In this document: one piece after another, positions 1 through 9,066 of the stretch | How the letters are laid out: each line of letters starts with the position of its first letter | How positions within the stretch are numbered: position 1 is the first letter of the stretch | Assembly: GCA_052389275.1 (NCBI GenBank) | Contig: JBQTID010000073.1 | Location: 3-64,002 of the forward strand | From: Gemmatimonadota bacterium | Lineage (GTDB): Bacteria > Gemmatimonadota > Gemmatimonadetes > Longimicrobiales > RSA9 | Length of the DNA stretch: 64,000 nucleotides | Direction: 5' to 3' | The notes under the pieces: model-generated | Database searches by the model: none | Told to the model about the DNA's origin: nothing | Seen by the model: the letters and a program-made list of their open reading frames with translations, nothing else | Position numbers and translations under genes: made by a program

Positions 1-673
1 CGCGCTTGATATTACCTACAGCTTTCGACGCCATGTTTGGCGGCGTGAACTTCTTCGCGTACTCAATGACGGCAGCGACGAACGACGCACCGTCTGGCGC
101 ATCCCAAACATCGTTCACGATGCCGAGGGACTTGGCGTCATCGAAATCGAAAGTGCGACCGGTCACCATCAGCTCGATCGCGGCCGACTTGCCGACAATG
201 CGCACCAGACGCTGGGTGCCGCCGGTGCCCGGCAGCACGCCGAGGTTCACTTCCGGCAGGCCGATCTTGCCGGCGCCACGCCGCGCGATGCGCAGGTCGG
301 CCGCCATCGCGATCTCCAGGCCGCCACCGACCGTGTGCCCATTCAGAGCGGCAATCACGAGCTTTGGGGTTTGCTCGAGGCGATTGAGTGTCTCGTTGGC
401 GTGCAGGCAGAAGTAGTACTTGAATTGCGGCGTCACCGCGTTGAGCATCGAGATGTTTGCGCCCGCGCAGAAGAACTTCTCGCCCGCGCCGGCGATGACA
501 ATGACGTGCACCGCGTCGTCGAAACGCGCTTGCAGAATAGCCTCGTCGAGGTCACGCATCATTTCGTGCGTGTAGGTATTTGCGGGCGGATCATCGAGCG
601 TGAGGATCGCAACTCCATCACGCGCTTCGTATCTAACGAGCTTTTTGGTTGCAGTTTCAGTGACGGTCGCCAT
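1..673 (-). CDS. enoyl-CoA hydratase/isomerase (crotonase family); C-terminus lies beyond window start
   Basis: Not in ORF track because it is open at the window edge. Own translation of minus strand from ATG at 673-671: MATVTETATKKLVRYEARDGVAILTLDDPPANTYTHEMMRDLDEAILQARFDDAVHVIVIAGAGEKFFCAGANI...ALNGHTVGGGLEIAMAADLRIA...GLPEVNLGVLPGTGGTQRL (crotonase oxyanion-hole motifs). GGAGAA RBS upstream. No stop down to position 1. Confidence 0.85.
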   Translation of the reverse strand, partial: MATVTETATKKLVRYEARDGVAILTLDDPPANTYTHEMMRDLDEAILQARFDDAVHVIVIAGAGEKFFCAGANISMLNAVTPQFKYYFCLHANETLNRLEQTPKLVIAALNGHTVGGGLEIAMAADLRIARRGAGKIGLPEVNLGVLPGTGGTQRLVRIVGKSAAIELMVTGRTFDFDDAKSLGIVNDVWDAPDGASFVAAVIEYAKKFTPPNMASKAVGNIKR

Positions 674-674
674 T

Positions 675-1316
675 TCAGGTTCTCCAAATCGAAGGACTGC
701 GTTTCATCTGGGCTGCGCGCGACGGCGCGGGCGCTGCGCCCGTAAGATAGCCGTGCAAAAAGAGCTGGCTCATATTGTCCGCCAGCTCCGCGACCGGAAC
801 ATCACGCTCCGGACGATACCAGTTGTAGATCCAGTTCATCATGCCGAACAGCGTGTACGCGGCGATGCGTGGATCGATCGATTCGGGCGGACCGAGGTCC
901 GTCAGAATGCGGATACAAAGGTCAGTGTACTGGCGCTTCTTGGTGTTGACCAGCCGGCGGTAATCTCCTGTCAGGGAGTCCGCTTCGTGAGACAGCACCT
1001 TCATTTCCTTCATATTGCTCACGAAGTAGCTGAGATGATTCTGGATGAACAACCGCAGCCGGCGGGTTGCATCCGTTTCACCCGCCAGCACTTCCCGCGC
1101 GTTCTCCAGCACGGTCCCGAAGCAGTGATCCATGATCAGAAAGAGCAACTCTTCCTTGCTTCGGAAGTAGTAATACAGGCCGGAGAGGCTGACACCGGTC
1201 GCGCGGCTGATGTCGCGAATGCTGGTATCGTGGTAGCCCTTATCGGCAAAAATCGCAGCCGCCGTCTGGAGGATGCGAGTGAATTTTTCATCGCAGGCGC
1301 GGCGCGCTTCAGTCAT
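675..1316 (-). CDS. TetR/AcrR family transcriptional regulator
   Basis: ORF 675..1427(-). N-terminal HTH ...FADKGYHDTSIRDISRATGVSLSGLYYYFRSKEELL is a typical TetR signature. Start placed at internal ATG 1316 (MTEARRACDEKF). Its stop is 1 nt from the crotonase start, so probably one operon. Confidence 0.85.
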   Translation of the reverse strand: MTEARRACDEKFTRILQTAAAIFADKGYHDTSIRDISRATGVSLSGLYYYFRSKEELLFLIMDHCFGTVLENAREVLAGETDATRRLRLFIQNHLSYFVSNMKEMKVLSHEADSLTGDYRRLVNTKKRQYTDLCIRILTDLGPPESIDPRIAAYTLFGMMNWIYNWYRPERDVPVAELADNMSQLFLHGYLTGAAPAPSRAAQMKRSPSIWRT

Positions 1317-1404
1317 GGGAGCCGAGTTGATAGGTTTTCGTACAAACGTCCGACCGGGGCGCAAACTAGTGGATCGTCTTAAATTCCGACAAGCCCTCGA
1401 TTTG

Positions 1405-1436
1405 GGAGCATGAGAGCATGGGAGCATGGGAGCATG
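1405..1436. repeat. 4 tandem copies of 8-bp unit GGAGCATG (one AGAGCATG)
   Basis: Read directly: GGAGCATG AGAGCATG GGAGCATG GGAGCATG. Each unit carries an ATG, which explains the three ORF-track starts at 1410, 1418 and 1426. The same unit recurs as an inverted array at 44610-44684. Confidence 0.95.
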
Positions 1437-2761
1437 GGTGGCGCTACGCGCGGCAAGGCCTGCTGGCCCTGCTTGCGGTCGCGGCGCCGCTATCGGCGCA
1501 ACAGGTACAGAAGGGCGCGATCGTGCGCGTGCCGGTGCATGGCGTCATCGAGCTGGGGCTGGCACCGTACGTCGCGCGCGCCATCCGGGAGGCCGAAGCC
1601 GGCGGCGCGCGCGCGGTTGTGCTCGACATCGAGACGCCGGGCGGGCGCATTGATGCCGCGCAGCAGATCGTGAATGCGCTGAAGAACGCGAAGTTGCCCA
1701 CCTATGCCTATGTAAATCGGCGCGCGCATTCGGCAGGCGCAATGATCGCGCTCGCGACCGACCGCATCTACATGCGGCACGGCTCGGCTATCGGCGCGGC
1801 TACTCCGGTCACCGGCGCCGGCGAGAAAGCGCCGGAGAAGATCGTGAGCGCGATGCGCACCGAAATGCGCGCACTCGCGGAAGCGCGTGGCCTCGATCCA
1901 CGCGTGGCGGAAGCAATGGTCGATGAGAGCATCGAGATTCCCGGCGTAGTCGAGAAAGGCAAGCTGCTGACGATGACGACCGAAGAAGCGGTCCGCGTCG
2001 GCTACGCACGTCCGGTTGCCGACTGGAATGCGTTGATGCTGGAGCTGCGCGCGGTTGGCGCGCCCGTACAGAACGCGCGCGTGAACTGGGCGGAGGGGTT
2101 AGTACGCTTTTTTACGCACCCACTGGTCGCACCAATGCTGCTCTCGCTCGGTTTTCTCGGGATATTGATCGAGCTGAAAACTCCCGCTTTCGGATTGGCG
2201 GGTGTTTTCGGGGCGATCTGTCTGGGCTTGTTCTTCGGCAGTCATTATCTTGTGGGCTTGGCGGGCTGGGAGGAAATCATGCTGCTCGCCGCCGGGGTCG
2301 GGCTGATTGGGGTGGAAATGTTTGTACTGCCGGGCTTCGGGGTTGCCGGAATCATCGGCGGTCTCGCGGTGTTCGGAAGTATCTATCTGAGTCTCATTTC
2401 GCAATTCTCGAGTGAAGCTGATATGGGCACAGCCGCTGGTATGCTTTCGGCCGCAATCATCGTCGTGGTCGTGGGCGCGTGGGCATTGCTGCGAACACTG
2501 CCGCGCAGTGGACGCTTTTCGCGTTCCGGCGTGATGCTCGGTGACGCTACCGATCGGACCGCAGGATACATCTCCAATCCAGTTCGCGATGAGCTGATTG
2601 GGGCGACGGGTGTTGCGCTGACTGATCTGCGCCCGGCGGGCGCGGCGCAGTTCGGCGATGAGCGTATCGACGTCGTCTCCGACAGCTCGTTCATTGGTGC
2701 CGGCACTCCCGTGCGCATCGTGCGCTCGGAAGGCTACCGGCACGTCGTAATTCCGGCATAA
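1418..2761 (+). CDS. NfeD-family membrane-bound ClpP-class serine protease (long form)
   Basis: 447 aa. Signal-like N-terminus, ClpP-like domain ([18 protein letters not shown]...[11 protein letters not shown]), several TM helices and a C-terminal NfeD OB-like domain. Sits immediately upstream of floA, as in yqeZ-yqfA. The start codon lies inside the 8-bp repeat, so the exact start is uncertain. Confidence 0.85.
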   Translation: MGAWEHGWRYARQGLLALLAVAAPLSAQQVQKGAIVRVPVHGVIELGLAPYVARAIREAEAGGARAVVLDIETPGGRIDAAQQIVNALKNAKLPTYAYVNRRAHSAGAMIALATDRIYMRHGSAIGAATPVTGAGEKAPEKIVSAMRTEMRALAEARGLDPRVAEAMVDESIEIPGVVEKGKLLTMTTEEAVRVGYARPVADWNALMLELRAVGAPVQNARVNWAEGLVRFFTHPLVAPMLLSLGFLGILIELKTPAFGLAGVFGAICLGLFFGSHYLVGLAGWEEIMLLAAGVGLIGVEMFVLPGFGVAGIIGGLAVFGSIYLSLISQFSSEADMGTAAGMLSAAIIVVVVGAWALLRTLPRSGRFSRSGVMLGDATDRTAGYISNPVRDELIGATGVALTDLRPAGAAQFGDERIDVVSDSSFIGAGTPVRIVRSEGYRHVVIPA

Positions 2762-2774
2762 GGAAAGGCCTCTG

Positions 2775-3764
2775 ATGGACAACCCGAACGTTTTCTCACT
2801 CGTGCTGCTGGCCGCCATCATCTTTGCGTTCTTCGTGCTGCTCTGGGCCGTGCCGGTCCGGTTGTGGATGGAAGCGGTCTTCGCGGGTGTGCGCGTAGGG
2901 ATCGGCGATCTGGTTGGCATGCGCCTGCGTAAGGTAAATCCCGCGATGGTCGTGCGTCCGCTGATCGCGGCCACCAAAGCCGGTCTGACACTGACCACGC
3001 GCGAGCTCGAAGCGCACTACCTGGCTGGCGGTCACGTGGACCGGGTTGCGAAGGCGCTGATCAGCGCGGACAAGGCCAACCTCGGCATGTCCTTCAAACA
3101 GGCAGCCGCCATCGATCTCGCCGGGCGTGATGTGCTCGAGGCGGTGCGGGTTTCGGTGAATCCGAAAGTTTTGGACACGCCGCGAGTCGCGGCCATGGCC
3201 AAGGATGGCATTCAATTGATCGCGACCGCGCGCATCACCGTGCGCGCGAACATCAACCGCCTCGTCGGTGGTGCGGGCGAAGACACGATTCTCGCGCGCG
3301 TCGGCGAAGGCATCGTGTCTACTATCGGCTCGGCAACATCGCACAAGGCGGTACTCGAGAATCCCGACAACATCTCGAAGACCGTGCTGGCGAAGGGGCT
3401 CGATGCCGGCACCGCGTTCGAGATTCTGTCGATCGACATCGCGGATGTGGACGTCGGCAAGAACATCGGCGCGGAATTGCAGACGGACCAGGCGGAAGCC
3501 GACAAGCGCATCGCGCAGGCCAAAGCAGAAGAACGGCGTGCGATGGCGGTAGCGCACGAACAGGAGATGCGGGCGAAAGTGCAGGAGATGCGCGCGCAGG
3601 TCGTGCAGGCTGAAGCGCAGGTGCCGCTGGCAATGGCCGAAGCGTTCAAGCGCGGCAATCTCGGTGTCATGGATTACGCGAGATACCAGAACGTGGTCGC
3701 GGACACCGGCATGCGGCATTCGCTCGCCGGTGAGAGCGAAATCGATCGCGGCGTAGAAGGATAG
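2775..3764 (+). CDS. floA: flotillin-like protein FloA (UPF0365/YqfA family, SPFH)
   Basis: 329 aa. N-terminal TM helix followed by ...[15 protein letters not shown]...[25 protein letters not shown]...[15 protein letters not shown], as I recall for the FloA/YqfA family. Paired with NfeD. Confidence 0.9.
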   Translation: MDNPNVFSLVLLAAIIFAFFVLLWAVPVRLWMEAVFAGVRVGIGDLVGMRLRKVNPAMVVRPLIAATKAGLTLTTRELEAHYLAGGHVDRVAKALISADKANLGMSFKQAAAIDLAGRDVLEAVRVSVNPKVLDTPRVAAMAKDGIQLIATARITVRANINRLVGGAGEDTILARVGEGIVSTIGSATSHKAVLENPDNISKTVLAKGLDAGTAFEILSIDIADVDVGKNIGAELQTDQAEADKRIAQAKAEERRAMAVAHEQEMRAKVQEMRAQVVQAEAQVPLAMAEAFKRGNLGVMDYARYQNVVADTGMRHSLAGESEIDRGVEG

Positions 3765-3765
3765 C

Positions 3766-4404
3766 GTGGACGATCTTTTTCCGCTTCTGCTCTTCCTGAT
3801 CTTCATCCTCGCGCCGATCATCGAGGGGTTGAAGAAGAAGGGACAGCAAAAGCCGCCGCCGCGCGTGCCGCAGCGCCGGCCAGAGACTCGGGAGCGGACC
3901 TCCGCACAGGAAAGTACCACGCAGCCGCGCGATGCTGCAGCCAGCATGATCCCAGATGAGCTGTGGCAGATTCTGACCGGCGAAGCTCGTCCAGCGCCAA
4001 CCGTACCGGCGCCGAGGCCGAGCGAGGCCGACAAGCAGCGGCCCTGGGATGTTGTTTACATCCCGGCGGAAGACACCGAGGACGAGGAAGCGCTCACAGC
4101 GGAGGATGTAGACGTCGAAGTACGTCGCTCCACGCGGGAAGAAGTCAGACGCGAACATGCAGTTCGGCACAAACCGGCAGAGGCTGTTTCGCTGGAAGTG
4201 CCGGCCAACATCATTTCGCTCGAGACGCCGCGGCCATCAGCAGCGGCGCGGCATTCGGCGTTTCACCAGAAGAGAGATCGCCAGCCGCTGGCTTTCGTAG
4301 CCAGGCCGTCAGCCAGGAAAAAGCTCGGGCTCACGAGCCGAACCGAGCTACAGCGCGCGTTCCTGTTACAGGAGATATTCGGGAAGCCGCGCGGGCTGGA
4401 ATAA
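3766..4404 (+). CDS. hypothetical membrane-anchored Pro/Glu/Arg-rich protein (third gene of the NfeD-FloA unit)
   Basis: 212 aa. Starts 2 nt after the floA stop. One N-terminal TM helix (LFPLLLFLIFILAPII), then a low-complexity charged region and a C-terminal LQRAFLLQEIFGKPRGL motif. No family recognised. Confidence 0.6.
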   Translation: MDDLFPLLLFLIFILAPIIEGLKKKGQQKPPPRVPQRRPETRERTSAQESTTQPRDAAASMIPDELWQILTGEARPAPTVPAPRPSEADKQRPWDVVYIPAEDTEDEEALTAEDVDVEVRRSTREEVRREHAVRHKPAEAVSLEVPANIISLETPRPSAAARHSAFHQKRDRQPLAFVARPSARKKLGLTSRTELQRAFLLQEIFGKPRGLE

Positions 4405-4445
4405 AGCCCTAAAATCCGCTAGATTTAAAGGTTCTGGTGGCAGAG

Positions 4446-4528
4446 GCCGAAGTGGCGGAACGGCAGACGCAGACGACTCAAAATCGTCCGGGGGCAACCC
4501 CATGAGAGTTCGAGTCTCTCCTTCGGCA
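4446..4528 (+). tRNA. tRNA-Leu (anticodon CAA), type II with long variable arm; CCA not encoded
   Basis: Manual cloverleaf. Acceptor GCCGAAG/CTTCGGC, 3-bp D stem GCG/CGC, anticodon stem GACGA/TCGTC with loop CTCAAAA. Variable arm GGGG..CCCC. T arm GAGAG-TTCGAGT-CTCTC, discriminator A. Confidence 0.9.
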
Positions 4529-4537
4529 TTTTAAAAC

Positions 4538-4864
4538 CGGAATGCGTTACGGAACGGCGCTACAGAAATGCGCCACGGAACGGCGCTACAGAAAACAGCG
4601 CTACAGAAAACAGCGCTACAGAAATGCGCTACAGAAATGCGCTAGGAAATGCGCTGAGAGGCGGGTTTCTGTGGCGCATTTCCGTAACGCATTTCCGTAA
4701 CGCATTTCCGTAACGCATTTCCGTAACGCATTTCCGTAACGCATTTCCGTAACGCATTTCCGTGGCGCATTTCTGTAGCGCATTTCTGTAGCGCATTTCT
4801 GTAGCGCAGTCCCGTGGCGCATTTCCGTAACGCAGTCCCGTAGCGCATTTCCGTAGCGCCTTTC
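4538..4864. repeat. inverted double array of a 13-bp unit (9 copies AGAAATGCGCTAC-like, centre, 15 copies of the reverse complement TAACGCATTTCCG-like)
   Basis: Units delimited by hand. Left arm 4538-4658 (two units are 15 bp), centre 4659-4671, right arm 4672-4864 with six perfect TAACGCATTTCCG at 4685-4762. The last unit overlaps the stop of the convergent DUF2071 gene. Confidence 0.95.
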
Positions 4865-5604
4865 TAGATGTGTCGCGGCGCCCACCCAATCATCGGCTGA
4901 ACGGCTGAGAAGTGCAGCAGCGGTTTGCCGCGCGGTGGACCCAGCCCTGCCGCCGCGAGCATGGCAAGCGCATCGAGTTCCGCCTCAGCCGGCTGGAGCA
5001 GCCACGGCCGGTGATGAATCTCGAGTCGATGCGCCGCGTCGCCGCTGACCGCATAAAGGCAATAACGCTCGGTTAGAAAATGTTCGAGCGTGCCCGGCAC
5101 GGCAGTGAATACTTCGCCGTTGGGCGCATAGTGAGCGTGGAAGCTGGCGGGTGGGCCGCGGCGATCGGTGCGCCGCGACTTGTATTCGATGCCGGTCGGC
5201 GTCGCGGTCACTCTCATGTCAGCGTCGAAGTAGTTGAGGTGAAACAGCGTGCGTGCGCCCATGACGGCGAGCTGGCTCGCGGCGTCGAGACTAAAGAAGT
5301 AGACGCCGGGCTTGCCGCCGATCGTTACGTACGTGCGCACGTTCAGCTCGGGAAAGGAAGAAACTCCGGGCAGTGCCGGCAGCCCGCGCGCGTGCAGATG
5401 CTCGAGCTTGAATGGAACGACTCCTACCCAGGCATGGTTGTCGAAGCTGTCGAGTGGCAGCTGCGGCGGCAGGAGCGCGCGCACTTCATCAATCGAATAA
5501 GACCAGTGCGCAAAGAGCAGAGCGCGCCAGGTCTGCTCCATTATCCACTCTGAATCCGGCACCGGCCACGGCCGGTGCGCGGTTTCGGCAAGCAGTTCAT
5601 GCAT
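4864..5604 (-). CDS. DUF2071 (YqjF-like) family protein
   Basis: ORF 4864..5721(-). The sequence RPWPVPDSEWIMEQTWRALLFAHWSY...PELNVRTYV resembles the DUF2071 family. Start placed at ATG 5604 (MHELLAETAHRPW). Confidence 0.7.
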   Translation of the reverse strand: MHELLAETAHRPWPVPDSEWIMEQTWRALLFAHWSYSIDEVRALLPPQLPLDSFDNHAWVGVVPFKLEHLHARGLPALPGVSSFPELNVRTYVTIGGKPGVYFFSLDAASQLAVMGARTLFHLNYFDADMRVTATPTGIEYKSRRTDRRGPPASFHAHYAPNGEVFTAVPGTLEHFLTERYCLYAVSGDAAHRLEIHHRPWLLQPAEAELDALAMLAAAGLGPPRGKPLLHFSAVQPMIGWAPRHI

Positions 5605-5620
5605 GATTGCTCGGCTGCAC

Positions 5621-6211
5621 TTATGGGGCGGTGACGAAGGATTGCTGGAGCTTGCGCGCACGCTCGAGATGCGCGGCCAGCGCGGGACGCGCGTGTTGCA
5701 GCTCATTCCTGAGGCCGACATTGTTTGCGTTTGGAAGCAGCGATGCGTCGAGCAGCTCGAGCATGCGCTGATGGAAGGTCACTTCATGGTCCACATACGA
5801 GCGATCGAAGTCAGCGCCGATCTTTTGCTCCAAATCGCTACGCGCATCGTCCGAGCTCGAGTTGAGTATCCTGCTATGGGAGTTGTCGACCGGCACCAGA
5901 TTCAGAGCGTGCAGCCAGCCCATGGTTCGAGCGTTCAATGCCGCATGTCCGGCCGTGATCGAATCTGCGAACGCCCGTACCGCCGCGCTTTGTGATCTGC
6001 TTGTCGCGAGAGTTGCGCGACGCAGAGTGATCGCGTTGAAAGTTTGCAGGATGTGCGCGATATCGGGATCGGATGGCGGTGCCTCGACCAGCGGAGCGCG
6101 CGCAACAGTGGTGTCGTCGCCGCTCGGTTGGGCAGCGCGCTCGGTCTCATCACAGCCCGGCCCGGCCAGAAGCATCAGCAGCAGCAGTGCGGCAGCTCGT
6201 TCGCGAATCAT
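5621..6211 (-). CDS. DUF4142-like secreted/lipoprotein
   Basis: ORF 5621..6397(-). Start placed at ATG 6211 behind a GGAGG RBS. Signal peptide [20 protein letters not shown]. Two helical repeats with ...[13 protein letters not shown]... and ...[20 protein letters not shown], typical of DUF4142. Confidence 0.65.
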   Translation of the reverse strand: MIRERAAALLLLMLLAGPGCDETERAAQPSGDDTTVARAPLVEAPPSDPDIAHILQTFNAITLRRATLATSRSQSAAVRAFADSITAGHAALNARTMGWLHALNLVPVDNSHSRILNSSSDDARSDLEQKIGADFDRSYVDHEVTFHQRMLELLDASLLPNANNVGLRNELQHARPALAAHLERARKLQQSFVTAP

Positions 6212-6302
6212 GGTCAACCTCCGTAGGCGCTTCAACTTCAGGCTTGCTTCAGCCCGGGTCAACCGGCTATACTCGCCCGCTATTTTTAGCGTGGGAGCAA
6301 GC

Positions 6303-7535
6303 ATGCAGAGCGCGTACCGATTCGCGCGTGTTCCGGCGGACGGAGAGGCGATCTCCGTCGAAGCTGGCGAGATCGAGGTTCCTGCCCGGCCGATCATTCC
6401 CTACATCGAAGGCGACGGTACCGGCCCCGACATCTGGCGCGCGACCAGCCGGGTCGTCGACAGCGCGGTGCAGACCGCTTATGACGACGCCCGCCGCATC
6501 GTGTGGATGGAAGTGTTCGCCGGTGAGAAAGCGCTGAACGTAACCGGCGAGTGGCTGCCGGAAGAAACACTGCGCGCCCTGCAGCAGTTCAAGGTTGGCA
6601 TCAAAGGTCCGTTGACCACGCCGGTCGGCGGCGGTATTCGCTCCTTGAATGTCACGCTCCGGCAGGTGCTGGATCTGTACGCCTGCATTCGGCCGGTTCG
6701 CTATATCCCGGGCGTGCCGTCCCCAGTGAAGGAGCCGGAGAAGGTCGACGTCGTCATCTTCCGAGAGAATACCGAAGACGTTTATGCGGGCATCGAGTGG
6801 AAGGCGCAATCGCCGGAAGCCGACAAGGTCCTGAATTATCTGGTGACCGAAATGCGGGCCGAGATTCGTGAGGGCAGCGCGATCGGGGTCAAGCCGATGA
6901 GCGAATTCGGATCGAAGCGTCTGATCGCGGCGGCCATTCGTTACGCACTCCAGCGCGGCAAGGGCTCGGTCACGCTGGTGCATAAAGGCAACATCATGAA
7001 GTTCACCGAAGGCGCGTTCCGCGATTGGGGCTACGAGATCGCGCAGCAGAATTTCGGTGCCCAGACGGTGAAGGAAGGCCAGCCGAACGATGAGAATCGG
7101 CTGGTGATCAAGGACCGTATCGCGGACGCAATGTTCCAGCAGCTGTTGCTGCGCCCCGATGAATATTCCGTTATCGCAACGCCCAACCTGAATGGCGACT
7201 ATTTGTCGGATGCGGCGGCCGCACAAGTTGGCGGACTCGGCATGGCGCCGGGCGCGAATGTCGGGGAGGAAGTCGCCGTCTTCGAGGCGACCCACGGCAC
7301 GGCACCGAAGTATGCAAATCAGGACAAGGTGAATCCGGGTTCGCTGATCCTTTCGGGAGTCATGATGCTCGAGCATCTCGGCTGGGTGGAAGCGGCGGAT
7401 CTGGTAGTAACCGGTCTGGAGCGCACGATTGCGCGCAAGACCGTGACCTACGATCTCGAGCGTCAAATGTCGGGCGCGCGCCTGGTCTCCACAGCCGGTT
7501 TCGCGGACGAAATCGTTCGCAACATGCGAGGATGA
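6303..7535 (+). CDS. icd: NADP-dependent isocitrate dehydrogenase
   Basis: In-frame part of ORF 5862..7535. Start at ATG 6303 ([17 protein letters not shown]...[14 protein letters not shown]). Also [22 protein letters not shown] and [25 protein letters not shown]. About 410 aa. Confidence 0.93.
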   Translation: MQSAYRFARVPADGEAISVEAGEIEVPARPIIPYIEGDGTGPDIWRATSRVVDSAVQTAYDDARRIVWMEVFAGEKALNVTGEWLPEETLRALQQFKVGIKGPLTTPVGGGIRSLNVTLRQVLDLYACIRPVRYIPGVPSPVKEPEKVDVVIFRENTEDVYAGIEWKAQSPEADKVLNYLVTEMRAEIREGSAIGVKPMSEFGSKRLIAAAIRYALQRGKGSVTLVHKGNIMKFTEGAFRDWGYEIAQQNFGAQTVKEGQPNDENRLVIKDRIADAMFQQLLLRPDEYSVIATPNLNGDYLSDAAAAQVGGLGMAPGANVGEEVAVFEATHGTAPKYANQDKVNPGSLILSGVMMLEHLGWVEAADLVVTGLERTIARKTVTYDLERQMSGARLVSTAGFADEIVRNMRG

Positions 7536-7539
7536 ATTC

Positions 7540-9066
7540 ATGACAGAGCTCCGCGTAATCGTCAGGCGCGCGGCTGCCGAGCTGGCGACGCCGCTGCTGG
7601 TACTGCCGGTGTTCGACCGGGCTTCGACGCTGAGCGGCCTCAGTGCCGACATCGATGCACGCACGGGCGGCGCGATTACAGATGTCTTCAAGGGCGGCGA
7701 CTTCCGCGGCCGCAAGGATGAGACACTCGTCCTGTTCCCGCGCAAGAACGAGATCGGTGCGCAGCGTGTGCTGCTGGTGGGTCTCGGTAAACCCGAGGAC
7801 TATACCGTCGAACGGTTGCGCCGCGCAGTGGGCACGGCCATGCGGACGGCGGAGCGCACCAACATCACGTCGATTGCATTTTCGCTGGAGCACACGGGTA
7901 GCTCGAGCGAGCGGATGGGTGGTGCGCTGGCCGCGCGCGCCGCCGCCGAGGCGGGCGTGCTTGCATCGTGGGACTTCAGAGAGATGAAGACGGTAGCGAA
8001 GGATGAGGATCAGCCGATCCCGATCGCAGAGCTGGTGCTGCTTGCAGGCAAGGAGTCGGACGAAAAGGAATATCAGGCCGCGGCCGATCTGGGCACCGTG
8101 TCGGCGCGTTCGGCGAATCTGGCCCGTGACCTCGCGACGCGCCCCGGCAATGTGGCGACACCGACGTATCTAGCCAACGTCGCAAGCGAGATCGCGCGTG
8201 AGCACGGCATGAAGATCACCGTACTGGACCGCGCGCAAATGAAAGCGGAGGGAATGCAAGCGCTGCTGGCGGTCGCGCAAGGCAGCCTGGAGGAACCGCG
8301 CTTTATCGCGCTCGAATACCACGGTGCCGGTCCGAAAACCGCGCCGCTGGTATTGGTCGGCAAAGGCGTGACGTTCGACACAGGTGGCATCTCGATCAAG
8401 CCGGCCGACCGAATGGAAGACATGAAGTACGACATGTCCGGCGCCGCCGCGGTATTGGGCGCGCTGCGCGGCATCGCCGAGCTGAAGCTCAAGGCGAATG
8501 TCGTCGGCTTGATCCCAGCCACGGAAAACATGCCGTCCGGTAACGCGGTGAAGCCCGGCGACGTAATCGGCTCGCATCTCGGCAAGACCATCGAGATCAT
8601 CAACACTGACGCAGAGGGTCGATTGATTCTGGTGGACGCGCTTTCGTACGCGCGTCGCTACCAGCCGGCTGCGATGGTGGACGCCGCCACGTTGACGGGT
8701 GCTGTGGTGGTGGCACTTGGGCAGCAGGCCATCGGTCTAATGGGCAACGATGGCGATCTGATCGATGAAATAATGGCCGCCGGGCTACGTGCCGGTGAAC
8801 GCTGCTGGAATTTGCCGCTATGGGATGAGTACAGGGAGCTGATCGACAGCAACATCGCAGATATCAAAAACTCGGGCGGTCGTCAGGCGGGCACGATTAC
8901 CGGTGGCTGGTTCCTCAAGGATTTCGTGGTCGACATTCCGTGGGCACACCTCGACATCGCGGGCACTGCGTATCGCGATGAAGCGGCACCGTACCTGCGC
9001 AAAGGCGCAACGGGCGCGCCCGCGCGCCTGTTCATCGAGTGGGTCCGGAGTCGCGCGCAAGCATGA
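7540..9066 (+). CDS. pepA: leucyl aminopeptidase (M17)
   Basis: 508 aa. VGKGVTFDTGGISIKP, DMSGAAAV, NTDAEGRLILVDAL are M17 metal-site motifs. Confidence 0.93.
   Translation: MTELRVIVRRAAAELATPLLVLPVFDRASTLSGLSADIDARTGGAITDVFKGGDFRGRKDETLVLFPRKNEIGAQRVLLVGLGKPEDYTVERLRRAVGTAMRTAERTNITSIAFSLEHTGSSSERMGGALAARAAAEAGVLASWDFREMKTVAKDEDQPIPIAELVLLAGKESDEKEYQAAADLGTVSARSANLARDLATRPGNVATPTYLANVASEIAREHGMKITVLDRAQMKAEGMQALLAVAQGSLEEPRFIALEYHGAGPKTAPLVLVGKGVTFDTGGISIKPADRMEDMKYDMSGAAAVLGALRGIAELKLKANVVGLIPATENMPSGNAVKPGDVIGSHLGKTIEIINTDAEGRLILVDALSYARRYQPAAMVDAATLTGAVVVALGQQAIGLMGNDGDLIDEIMAAGLRAGERCWNLPLWDEYRELIDSNIADIKNSGGRQAGTITGGWFLKDFVVDIPWAHLDIAGTAYRDEAAPYLRKGATGAPARLFIEWVRSRAQA

Noticed and set aside
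1410-1673. Alternative ORFs starting at 1410 and 1426 inside the GGAGCATG array
   Set aside because: They are out of frame with NfeD and end after 75-87 aa of Arg/Ala-rich sequence overlapping the NfeD coding region. They are by-products of ATGs in every frame of the 8-bp repeat.
4538-4864. Possible CRISPR array (also considered for 61211-61340 and 63648-63712)
   Set aside because: The units are only 13 bp and directly abut each other with no unique spacers. No cas genes are in the window. The two halves are in opposite orientation.
4616-4889. Three overlapping minus-strand ORFs (68-89 aa) with RYGNALRKCVTEM-type 13-aa repeats
   Set aside because: They are the three reading frames of the 13-bp tandem array (13 bp x 3 = 39 bp = 13 aa). 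There is no RBS and no non-repeat domain. All frames are open only because the unit lacks stops.
4446-5721. Genomic island integrated at tRNA-Leu
   Set aside because: There is no integrase, no duplicated tRNA 3' end (att) and no compositionally foreign gene block. Only the repeat array and ordinary small genes follow.
5862-6302. Long N-terminal extensions of track ORFs (icd 5862; also carA 33773, moaA 38631, nuoF 49142, nuoM 56525, PMM 59427, dnaB 14493)
   Set aside because: The extensions overlap the upstream gene or a repeat and translate to Arg/Ala-rich junk. Internal starts give canonical N-termini, usually with ATGA/TGATG-type coupling to the preceding stop.
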